NCBI RefSeq assembly: GCF_001194135.2
Contig: NC_068985.1
Location: forward strand, 12,055,179-12,088,480
DNA: 33,302 nucleotides
DNA from: Octopus bimaculoides
Lineage: Eukaryota
Reading direction: 5' to 3'
The position numbers were made by a program, and so were the translations under genes. This document shows, piece by piece, positions 23,496 to 33,302 of the stretch (within the stretch, counting starts at the first letter, position 1; each line of letters starts with the position of its first letter). The notes beneath the pieces were generated by a model. It was not told the origin of the DNA. It worked only from the letters and a program-made list of their open reading frames with translations, and made no database searches.

Positions 23496-23508
23496 AGTAG
23501 TAGTATTA
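23388..23508. repeat. Compound trinucleotide microsatellite (TTA)n(TAG)n(TTG)n
   Basis: Read directly; separates pieces C and D. Confidence 0.95.
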
Positions 23509-24713
23509 TGGCTGTTCTTGATAGGAATTCATGACCACTCCCAAGTCCACGTTTCTTAAATCCATCTGCAATAGCAGCATTCTGTTCACCAAATATTCTG
23601 TTAAGTTTTTTTCTTTCACTGCTGATGCACTCACGTACGCTATTCAGCCCACGTCCACACTTACCTCTCTTCATGTAGAGTCTGTATACATTTGTCTTAG
23701 GGTGGACGGCACCATGCATTATCACTGACTTTCTGCTGGGGCCATCGAGATGTTGAATCTCCACTTGTGTCCATCTCAGCATGCCTGAACTCTAGCGGGC
23801 TACATCAGCAGCAGCCCATATGTTGATGACAGTCAGAAGGTTCCTTGAGTTGAGCTTCGATTTCAAGAGAAATTTCAGACGCGTGAAATATGCAGTGGTG
23901 ATCTAGTCTTTCATTTCTCTGTGCAAGATATTGTCCAGCTCTAGGATCCCAAACTACTTGCATCCATAATCATCTGGGTCTTCCATTCTCACTCCGTTGG
24001 CAATTCTATGCCCCTACAATTTACTTTACTGTTTCCCCCGCTTCAAAGTAAACACAGCACACTTTGAGATGCCGAGGTATATCCTTATATCTTTCGTGCA
24101 CATTTGCACAGTCTCAACTAGTCTCTTTTTGGCGAACAGATTTAAGTCATCCATGAAGGGAAAGTGGTTGAGACGAGGCCCATTCTTTCTCAGCTCATAG
24201 TACACGTTGATTTTACGTAGGACTACAGAAAGTGGGATGAAGGCTATAACAAATAACATCTTCGAAGATACCTCTTTTGATTGTTGCCTCGGCTATGTGC
24301 TGGTTGTTACAGGAACGCCGCGTTTTCCAACTAGGCACGCTGTTTTTAATTAGTGCACACACGTTCTCAGCTATTTCACATATGTTGAGTGTTCCCAAAA
24401 TACACGAATGAGGCAACATGTCGTAAGCCTTTTTGAAGTCTACCCAGGCCATGCATAATTATTCGTGGTACCGTTTACAGTTGTTCATTATAATCTTGTC
24501 TAACACAAGGTGGTTCTTGGTGCGCTCGGATCCTTTTCAGCATCTCTCTTGTTGTACTGGTAGAAGATCGTTTTCCTCAAGGAACGTATATATTTTCCCT
24601 GCGAGGGTACCTCTTAATACTTTCCATAGGACGTTAAGACAAGCAATGCATCGCTAATTGCCAACCTCATTGCCTTTTGACCGATCTTTCATTAACAATG
24701 TTGTTCTTCGCTC

Positions 24714-25368
24714 GGATCTATTTTAAAACGGGGGCGCCAGTTTTCATTTATGTTTTATGTAGTGTTTTTGGTACGGAAAGACTTTCAAACTTCGTATACT
24801 TATCTATTTTGTGTTATAGAACAGAAAAATATTTTTGTATTCGAATTTATTTCATGTAAAAAATTCTTATTTCGATAATTTCTACTAATCACTGACGTCT
24901 ATTCAGTTGAAAACAGTTAGCGCTGTAACGGTGTATATCGTATTAATCCCCTAACCCTAACCCTAACCCTANNNNNNNNNNNNNNNNNNNNNNNNNNNNN
25001 NNNNNNNNNNNNNNNNNNNNNNNNNNNNNNNNNNNNNNNNNNNNNNNNNNNNNNNNNNNNNNNTTATATAAAAAATATATGCGTATAAATTACGATTAAA
25101 CCGGATGAAATATGTCACAGGGAATAACATGTTTATGACCGCCCAGCAGTAACTCTATTGAGCTGAATAGACGTCAGTGATTGGTTGAAATTACAGAAAT
25201 ACGACAACTTTAACATGGAATAACTTGCGAATTCCTTTTTTCTTTTGTTAAGAAGACTAAGAGTAAAATATATTTTATATGACACATTCTACCACTGTCC
25301 CAAGTTTCAAAGTGTTTCGTTAGTGTTTCGTTAAGAAAATACTGGCGCCCCCGTTTTAAAATAGATCC
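24714..25368. mobile_element. Non-autonomous DNA transposon with 28-bp perfect TIRs and 8-bp TSD (Merlin-like)
   Basis: TIR GGATCTATTTTAAAACGGGGGCGCCAGT at 24714-24741 and inverted at 25341-25368 (28/28). TSD CTTCGCTC at 24706-24713 and 25369-25376. Imperfect subterminal inverted similarity extends to AATCACTGACGTCTATTCAG. Removing the element and one TSD restores the RT reading MVERRTTLL. The superfamily call (GG termini plus 8-bp TSD) is inference. Confidence 0.9.
24949..24971. repeat. Interstitial (CCCTAA)n telomere-type repeat, running into a gap
   Basis: Three full CCCTAA units plus CCCTA, then 92 N. Confidence 0.85.
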
Positions 25369-25759
25369 CTTCGCTCTACCATCAACTCCGGAAATGTACC
25401 GCTCTGTAAGCAATTGTCTAATTGCAACGCAAATTCTATTTTGTATTGACCTAAATCACTTGAGCCAGTAGCCTTGAATTGCGTCTGGTCCTGCTGCTTT
25501 CCAGTTTGGCAGATTTGATATCTGTGCAAGTACATCTTCCGTTGTCATGCGCGCATTGTCCTGTCGTGGAGCCTTCAGGTGATGGAGTTCGGATCTCACA
25601 GAATGAATCCATTCAGCTTTTTAATGTTTTAGCCCACACACGTTGTTTTAGAGTTTCGAGGCATTTCCTGAGGTTTCTCTGTTCCTCAGTCATATCCTCT
25701 CTTATTTCAGGGTTTTCTACATTATATTTATTATTATTATTGTTGTTGTTGTTGTTATT

Positions 25760-26070
25760 ACCTTCATCATCATTATTTACACTTGATTCGCATGTTTGTA
25801 TGTTTTTTACACTCACTTGCCGAGATGCACCTAGCGTCCTAGGGCAAGTGAAGGATAAGCGATATTAGAGTATGGCTGAAAGCTTGGGGAGGGCAAGTGG
25901 CGGTGATAGCGACAAAATATCTTCATGTAATAACACACATACATTTAAACTGATCGGGTTTTTCTAAGGATGTAGGCAGTAATTGTCAACACAATCTTTT
26001 GGATTTCTCTGAAACATGGTTCTCCTGGGATATTTTCTACTTTATTTTGACACCCCTTCCTTATCATACC
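25760..26070 (-). mobile_element. R4/Dong-type extreme 3' end (ORF C-terminus plus 3' UTR), piece B
   Basis: GMIRKG..EIQKIVLTITAYILRKTRSV with TAA at 25947-25945, matching the LQKxVLLxTAxILR ends of the other copies; about 185-nt UTR, then a TAA/CAA tract. Confidence 0.72.
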
Positions 26071-26138
<68 letters not shown>

Positions 26139-26649
26139 TTATGTTTNNNNNNNNNNNNNNNNNNNNNNNNNNNNNNNNNNNNNNNNNNNNNNNNNNNNNN
26201 NNNNNNNNNNNNNNNNNNNNNNNNNNNNNNNNNNNNNNNNNNNNNNNNNNNNNNNNNNNNNNNNNNNNNNNNNNNNNNNNNNNNNNNNNNNNNNNNNNNN
26301 NNNNNNNNNNNNNNNNNNNNNNNNNNNNNNNNNNNNNNNNNNNNNNNNNNNNNNNNNNNNNNNNNNNNNNNNNNNNNNNNNNNNNNNNNNNNNNNNNNNN
26401 NNNNNNNNNNNNNNNNNNNNNNNNNNNNNNNNNNNNNNNNNNNNNNNNNNNNNNNNNNNNNNNNNNNNNNNNNNNNNNNNNNNNNNNNNNNNNNNNNNNN
26501 NNNNNNNNNNNNNNNNNNNNNNNNNNNNNNNNNNNNNNNNNNNNNNNNNNNNNNNNNNNNNNNNNNNNNNNNNNNNNNNNNNNNNNNNNNNNNNNNNNNN
26601 NNNNNNNNNNNNNNNNNNNNNNNNNNNNNNNNNNNNNNNNNNNNNNNNN

Positions 26650-26717
<68 letters not shown>
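26071..26717. repeat. (TTA)n tracts on both sides of gap 26147-26649
   Basis: Read directly. Confidence 0.95.
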
Positions 26718-27460
26718 TCTCTTTATCAGAGGTTTCGTTGGAGCTCCTGGAGTTTTTCATGCGTAGCGGGCTTGCTACCATGCTATCGTTTATTTTCAAC
26801 TATCTAATACTTTCTTGATTATTCTGGCTGTACAAAGGAGGCAAACCCTTTGTAGCAGTTCTACTGGGCACACTATTCTAATTTCCTTTATATTCCTCTT
26901 GATGCCTCCAGACTCTGTTCTGAACGCCCAACAATTTGTGGCACTATCTTCACCGTCTTCGTTCTCCATAGCTGGGCTATTTTGTACTTAAGAGGGTTGT
27001 ATCTATCTGTCTTTTCGCATTCCTTCTTGACTGTTCATTAGTCAAAGGGGAATGCAACATCAACTATAGAGCATACGTAGGGCACCTTCTGCACCACCAC
27101 TAGATCCGGTCTATTATGCTCTAACACCTGATTTGTTTGGGTAAGGAAATCCCAGAGGATTTTGCTAGTCTCCGGCTCTGCCACTCTATGATCTTTGTCC
27201 TCATACTTCTTCTTACCTCGCTCTAGCCCCTACTTTTCGCACAGTTTCCAGTGTAGCACATTCGCTACCTGGTAGTGTCACCACAACCTGTAAAAGTTTT
27301 GGAAAGTCTAGGACATTCGTTTGTGATATGAGCAATGGTTTCATCCACTCTATCGCAGATGAGACAGAGCGGAGACACTTGCTCATTCCTAAGGTTGACC
27401 CTCCAGCTACCGGTCAGAGCTTGGGCTTGCGCTGTCAGTATAGCAATCTCGATCTCTCAG
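26718..27460 (-). mobile_element. R4/Dong-type 3' portion (CCHC zinc knuckle, RLE endonuclease, short 3' UTR), piece A
   Basis: AQAQALT..SPLCLICDRVDETIAHITNEC (C-x2-C-x7-H-x4-C); NVLHWKLC; ILWDFLTQTNQVLEHNRPDLVVV..IVDVAFP; LLQRVCLLCTARIIKKVLDS with TGA at 26798-26796; then a 78-nt UTR and (TAA)n. Confidence 0.9.
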
Positions 27461-28870
27461 TATTCTCTATTTTATCATTTATTAATAATTCCACCAGTAT
27501 TAATATTTCCACCAGTATCCTCCAGAGTTTATTACGGGATTGCATATTACAAACAGAACAATATGTCTTTGAAAACCTAAGGGGCAACTAGCAGATTTAA
27601 TAGTTAAGATATTACAGATTTTCATATAGTGGTATCAACTGATAAGATACGAAGAATGACTGTAAGGTGAACAATGACAACGGAATAAGATCACTGACAA
27701 AATCTGAAGAAAAAAAAATCATGTGTAAGTAATACTACAACGATCCTATCTGCCACGACCACTGCCCTCCGAAACAACAAGGAAAGCAAAATAATATAAT
27801 TACCACAACACCAGCAGCAACTAATGTAACAATGAACAAGCAAATCAGAAAGAAGAGAAATCAAGTTCTTGATTGAAAAACACCTGAAACTCTCATGTCC
27901 GCCCCCAACACCACAAATAATACCAACACAATTTAGTGACACCGCAATTGAATAATGCAAAATAACTAGCTTCGCTAACGATGTGCTTTAAGAGGAAGTA
28001 ATTAAATTAAAGCCACAAGAATTGAAAAATTCTAAAAGGCTGGATGTAACACCTTCAGAAATAGCAGCAATAACAACACCAACATCCAAAGCAATAGTGA
28101 CAAATACAATAAGAAATATACCGACATCATAAGTCATCGCCATCGCTTCTCAATATCCACAACAATAGCAACCGAAACATCCCCAGAATTCAACTTTATC
28201 AGCATCAGAGCAATGCTAAAATGCTTCGTAAGACACGAACGTCCCCGGCTCACACGACATTCACAGGTCGTGTGGAGAATGTGATTGTGACGAATCTAAA
28301 TGAAAAAACAGTGACAAATGAAACAAAAATGAAAGATGAAACAAAAATATGAAGACGACAAAACTAGAATATGAATAAATGTAGGAGGTGCCTTTAAGCA
28401 ATTATGCTTCAAAACATTCTGAGCAGCAGCAATAATAGTATTATCAACAACATCATCTGCAACACCAACACCACTGCTATCTCGCAAACAATATCACAAG
28501 TACAAGACCAACAATCAGATCACATTCTTCACCATTGAAAATAAAAATTTGAATCATTGACTGCACATCCGTAAGCACAAACAAGAGAATCCAGTCGCAT
28601 GGCATGCATCCAATTACAAGGGCCCCATGCACTAAGTACGCTACATTGCAAATGGCTTTCAACTACAAATAACAGCCATACACATATCGCAACACATGTA
28701 CAATAATTCAAAATATTAATACGCCAAAAAATTTCAAGAAAGGTATAAGCATAAAAATATATGAATTTTTGCGTGTGGAAACCAGCACAAGAAACCAGAA
28801 GACGAAGACATGTATGTCCACAGGAATAAGGTAAGTGAACTTTTTCTCGCATTTCTACCTCTGTCAGAGC

Positions 28871-29465
28871 AATATACGTAAAGGTTTACAAACTTTAGTC
28901 ATCTCCGAAGCAGGACTATCTGCTTCAATACAGATCACAAGTAACAGAGGCTGCCAGAAATAGTAGCAGTCAGCAAAACCAGCTTCAGAGGCAGAAATTT
29001 TCACGCCTGTTTCTAATGCATACGCGATTTGACTATCTCCAAGTTGACCGATGTCTTGCGGTGCAGCTACTGTCTTATTTCGAAAGTGTCTGGTTTTGAA
29101 GATACGGGCCCTTTCTTGGACCCAGACATTAAGTTGGTGGCACTGAGTGTGAGAAGTAGCTTAAAGGCTGTCTATAAACTGGTCGCAATTTATACATCGA
29201 CAGGGTCACAACGATGGTTCTTCGTCAGGTGTCAGGAGGTTTCTCACGAATATCGCATTCTTCTGTCAGTTCGGTGATTGGCATGCCATCTTGGATGCAT
29301 ATTTGGGTTGTGTGGGGCTGTCTAATAAGTGAGAGCGTGCGAAGTCTCACACACCTACATCGGTGTTTCAAAGTGACTGACACTCACTGACAGGACGTTC
29401 CGAATGTGCTGATGCTAATCCGAATCATACGCCTCGGGTCATACAGATCGTATCTAGGATAATAT
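28871..29465 (+). mobile_element. Decayed L1/Tx1-clade APE endonuclease fragment
   Basis: NIR(K)GL; EIVAVSKT (DIxxxxET-like); LVALSVRSS..VYKLVAIYTS; GDWHAILD at 29273-29296 (GDFN motif); SYLG* at 29448 (SYLDR-like). Frameshifted. Confidence 0.72.
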
Positions 29466-30096
29466 GTGGGCCACTAAGCAACAGTAGCATAGGTTGTCAG
29501 CACTGAAATATTGTCGGTTTCTTATATCAAAATAATTGTGATCTGTACATTGCACTTGTGTTTTGATCAATCATTCGTTTGACTTGTGATTTTCCTGTGT
29601 TTAGTATCTCGAAATATGTAGCCTCACTAATGTGTTCCCCAACTTTAACCTCTTTTGGTCAATTATCAATTTCTTTTCTCTAATGTAATGAATTCTAATT
29701 ACAGTTAGCAAATTATTAGTTCTAATTTCAGTAATCTAGTGAGCTAAACTTTGTTCGGTTACCTCCTCTATTTGTTTCATCCCTTGTCAGATTTGACCTA
29801 CGTGATTTTACGATTACCTGTAGGAGCCTTAGTTGTATATCATTTCATTCTTTCCCTACGTGTCAAATGAGCGACCATCAACATCATTGCCCCAGGCAGC
29901 ATTTAAATGATCATTATATTTTTAAAGTATATTTATCCCTTTCGTGAGTGTCTTGTTTGGAGGCAGCTTTTCCATTAGTATTTTTATCGTAACGCAAATA
30001 TCTGGGGAGTTACCCTAACCCGATTAAGAACCTATACTATCCAGATGTAGACTATTATTAGGCGACAGACGTAACAACGTGAAATAGCACTGTTGG

Positions 30097-30136
30097 TGTT
30101 TTCTGTATATACCTATTGTTTTCTGTATATACCTAT
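30097..30136. repeat. 20-bp perfect tandem duplication
   Basis: TGTTTTCTGTATATACCTAT x2. Confidence 0.9.
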
Positions 30137-30174
30137 TGGCGCGTGTTTCCTTGATAAATAATATTAATTTAAAA

Positions 30175-30340
30175 TTTTTGCAAAGGGCTAGCAATTCTGG
30201 TGGAGTGATTAAGTCGATCACGTCGACCCCAGTGTTCAACTGGTCCTTATTTTGTAGAACCTGAACGGATGAAGGACAAATCCAACATCAGTAGAATCTG
30301 AGCTCGGAACATAAAAAGAATTCTGGTAGATCACCGCCTT
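30175..30340 (-). mobile_element. Diverged SINE fragment of the 14078 family
   Basis: Minus strand ...GTCCTTCATCCGTTCAGGTTCTACAAAATAAGGACCAGTTGAACACTGGGGTCGACGTGATCGACTTAATC aligns to 14165-14250. Confidence 0.75.
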
Positions 30341-32094
30341 CTAGATTAGTATCATCGCCGTATTAGTTGTTGGTGATAGGCGTTATGCATTGTTACCAGC
30401 TTCAGCAATATTCATTTCAATCCTTCTATCTCTGTCGTTGACCACTTTAAAACTGGAACACTAGAATTACCCACACAGAGTGTGCCTTCGTGAAATATGA
30501 CATTTCAAGAAACAATTCAACGAAAATAAATTTGTTAGAAGGTTAGCATTTCACCTCATGTCTAGCGTTGAGATTTATTGAACTTCGCCATGAAGCAAAT
30601 TACGTTTGAGAGACTTGACGGAAGAGTAGAATGCTGTCTAGAAGCCTAAGATAACTTCTTGAGAAAATTACATTTTTCATAATACTGATCATCATGGCTA
30701 CCATTTTCAATCATTCTTGCATGTGAATAAGTTATTTTATTTAAGACTTCATTAAATTTGCCATAGCCTTACATTCCCATTTTTAGAAAGAAATTAGGAG
30801 AGAAGTACAATTCTGTAAAGTACAAGTTCTTTTAATATGTAGTATATCTTCTCCTTTTTATAATCAACAATACCCTAAGTAGGGCGTAAATTTGTTCACT
30901 CTGTAAAACTTGAAATCTACAGACTTCGCAAAGAATTATTTTATCATTACACGTATATTCGACATAATTTTATTGAAATTTGCTATAACAATCTAAACAT
31001 TAGAATAAAGTTCATTCCTGCTTTCATAAGTGGAAAGATGAAACATTCCCATTTGTCGTTNNNNNNNNNNNNNNNNNNNNNNNNNNNNNNNNNNNNNNNN
31101 NNNNNNNNNNNNNNNNNNNNNNNNNNNNNNNNNNNNNNNNNNNNNNNNNNNNNNNNNNNNNNNNNNNNNNNNNNNNNNNNNNNNNNNNNNNNNNNNNNNN
31201 NNNNATATATATGTATATATAAATAACCTCTCTGAAGTTATATATTTATGGTAAGGTTGAGTTTTGTAATTCTCTCTAAAATGAATCACGTTAGTTAATA
31301 ATTATAATCATGCAACAAAAATTTTAATTCACGAAGCAAGATAAAAGTAGTCCCGTAAGCATATAAAAGTGAGGTGCATCATCCCAATTTATAAAGACCA
31401 CCGAATTAAATTGATTTTGAATGAGTACTGGAAGCAGAAAAAAAGAACGGTGACCAAAGGAGATTGGAATATATATACATATATTAAAAGCAATTTTTGT
31501 TAAAGAATTCAGTCCTCTACTTACTATGGATATAAAATTGGAAAGCGTTGATCTATGTATGCTTCTAAATAAATTACTTCATTGAAATATATATTTTAAA
31601 TGCAATCCACGTGCAACAAAAACTTCAAAGATGGATTTTGCACTTACTCGTACTGAATAGCATTAAAATTGATGATTTTGTGAATATTGCTTTACCATTT
31701 AAGACTCACTGTTTGCTTAAGATTTGTTATGTAGGTTTAAGGATGTGATTAAAATTAATCTGAAATATCTTGAGCAGAAAATCGACATACGAGTTGGTGA
31801 AATTTAATTGACCACAAGCAAACACATTTGATACTCTTTACGTCTTACTTAGCGTACATGCCTTGTTAAAACACCGAATGCTGCGTCATTAGCCTCGGGG
31901 CATCTTTTCATATCGGGACTCGGTGCATAAAAGAACACACATAGATATGCTACGAACTGTAGGATCTTGTATGCTCCTAGCACTGACCTAAGATGTTGTC
32001 TCAAGTGTAATAATGCAGTATTCGATATTCTAACAAAGCATCTATGTTACTTTGGACATAAAGTCTACTTTTGTTATTAATACTGCTTCCGTCG

Positions 32095-32213
32095 TTAATA
32101 ATTAGGCACTTGTGAAATGAAATTATTATCAAGTTCAAAGCAAATTTCAGATTCAAAAACATCATTCAATTTTCCGTCAAATTCAACATCACACTCAACA
32201 AAGCCCGTGTTTA
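32095..32213 (-). pseudogene. Second copy of the last 58 nt of the candidate exon, continuing in frame to a stop
   Basis: 32156-32213 is identical to 32542-32599. The frame reads NTGFVECDVEFDGKLNDVFESEICFELDNNFISQVPNY*. The upstream end runs into a gap. Confidence 0.3.
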
Positions 32214-32541
32214 NNNNNNNNNNNNNNNNNNNNNNNNNNNNNNNNNNNNNNNNNNNNNNNNNNNNNNNNNNNNNNNNNNNNNNNNNNNNNNNNNNNNNNN
32301 NNNNNNNNNNNNNNNNNNNNNNNNNNNNNNNNNNNNNNNNNNNNNNNNNNNNNNNNNNNNNNNNNNNNNNNNNNNNNNNNNNNNNNNNNNNNNNNNNNNN
32401 NNNNNNNNNNNNNNNNNNNNNNNNNNNNNNNNNNNNNNNNNNNNNNNNNNNNNNNNNNNNNNNNNNNGCGCATACACACAAATAATCATATACTCATGCT
32501 CTATTATATGCCTTTCTGAACACACACATACACATACGCAC

Positions 32542-32640
32542 AAAACATCATTCAATTTTCCGTCAAATTCAACATCACACTCAACAAAGCCCGTGTTTAA
32601 AAGTGCTTCCTTTCCTATTTCGTATCGTATTTGGTATTTT
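32542..32640 (-). CDS. Candidate 99-nt coding exon of an unidentified host gene (phase 2-2)
   Basis: Acceptor TTATTTCTTTGGCAG; the only open frame is KYQIRYEIGKEALLNTGFVECDVEFDGKLNDV; donor-like GTGCGT. Protein-like composition, no recognised family. Confidence 0.35.
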
Positions 32641-33302
32641 CTGCCAAAGAAATAAGCGTGCGCTAGCATTTAGAGCAAAATCAAAAGCAGACATTTATTG
32701 AATGCTCAATAGTTAAGGGCATTGATCCATTTAGAAAACCATTTTTCTCTTTCTAAACAATAATTTCAAAATCATCTACCATTCATTTTGTCTGACACAG
32801 GGATTTGTGAATTACAAAATCTTCATATCATCATGCATATGAATTTCGAAGATCACGTAACTGCACGGGCACTGAAGGTATATATCATTTCATTAATAGC
32901 GAATATCCTTTAAATCCGACTGAAGCTCAGTTACATAAGTGGTGGCTAATGATATGTCGGCAACGATGAAGGTAACATACACTTACGCGTGCGCACTGCG
33001 TTGCTTGGTAATAAGGACTTGCAATGCATAATTGTAGGTGTATGTATGCATATTGATGTATATATATATATAGACACACACGCAAACACACACATACGCA
33101 AACACATATATAAATACCCCTCACCACACATTCAAGCACAGAATCATACACACATACACAGACATACATATATGTGTTTGCAAGCTTAAATGTACATGTA
33201 TCTATTACAACATATATATCTATATCTATATAAATGTATGTATATATATTTGTGTGTGTGCATGTGTATTGTGTAGGTTTGTGTGTGTGTGTATGTCAGT
33301 GT

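Larger units (their letters stand above)
23515..25725 (-). mobile_element. R4/Dong-type element, RT region (piece C), interrupted by a DNA transposon at 24714-25368
   Basis: LETLKQRVWAK; PNWKAAGPDAIQGYWLK; MVERRTTLLMKDRSKG (across the insertion); CLNVLWKVL; MAWVDFKKAYDMLPHS; IKRGIFE; LFVIAFIPLS; NHFPFMDDLNLFAK; HPKTNVYRLYMKRGKCGRGL. Several stops, frameshifts and deletions. Confidence 0.9.

Noticed and set aside
28786-28830. 45-nt exon candidate HKKPEDEDMYVHRNK before AAG|GTAAGT
   Set aside because: Weak acceptor, lies in probable TE debris, no supporting exon chain.
30397-30452. Minus-strand 56-nt exon candidate FKVVNDRDRRIEMNIAEA
   Set aside because: Phase-compatible with the 32.5-kb candidate, but splice sites are moderate and there is no homology; not distinguishable from background by eye.

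Overview
AT-rich eukaryotic scaffold with about 3.8 kb of N in 12 gaps and dense microsatellites. The SINE families look octopus/cephalopod-like (from recall, not a search). No intact protein-coding gene, RNA gene or CRISPR array is supported, and most long ORFs in the track are artefacts of N-runs or microsatellites. The window is mostly transposon debris: (1) two decayed L1/Tx1-clade LINE fragments (RT at 8.6-10.25 kb, APE endonuclease at 28.9-29.5 kb); (2) an R4/Dong-type (RLE) fragment at 10.25-11.5 kb, plus four co-oriented R4/Dong-type pieces at 22.2-27.5 kb separated by TAA-type microsatellites; (3) a non-autonomous DNA transposon with 28-bp perfect GG-terminal TIRs and an 8-bp TSD (Merlin-like), carrying (CCCTAA)n and inserted into the Dong RT; (4) tRNA-derived SINEs, one apparently split at its internal microsatellite; (5) short Penelope-like repeats with minimal type I hammerhead-ribozyme motifs, two of which share a non-canonical U at core position 6. 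The best host-exon candidate (32.1-32.6 kb, minus strand) occurs twice across a gap, and the two versions diverge exactly at a GT. I found no convincing wholly new system. The hammerhead variant, the Dong nest and the duplicated exon candidate are the leads worth testing.
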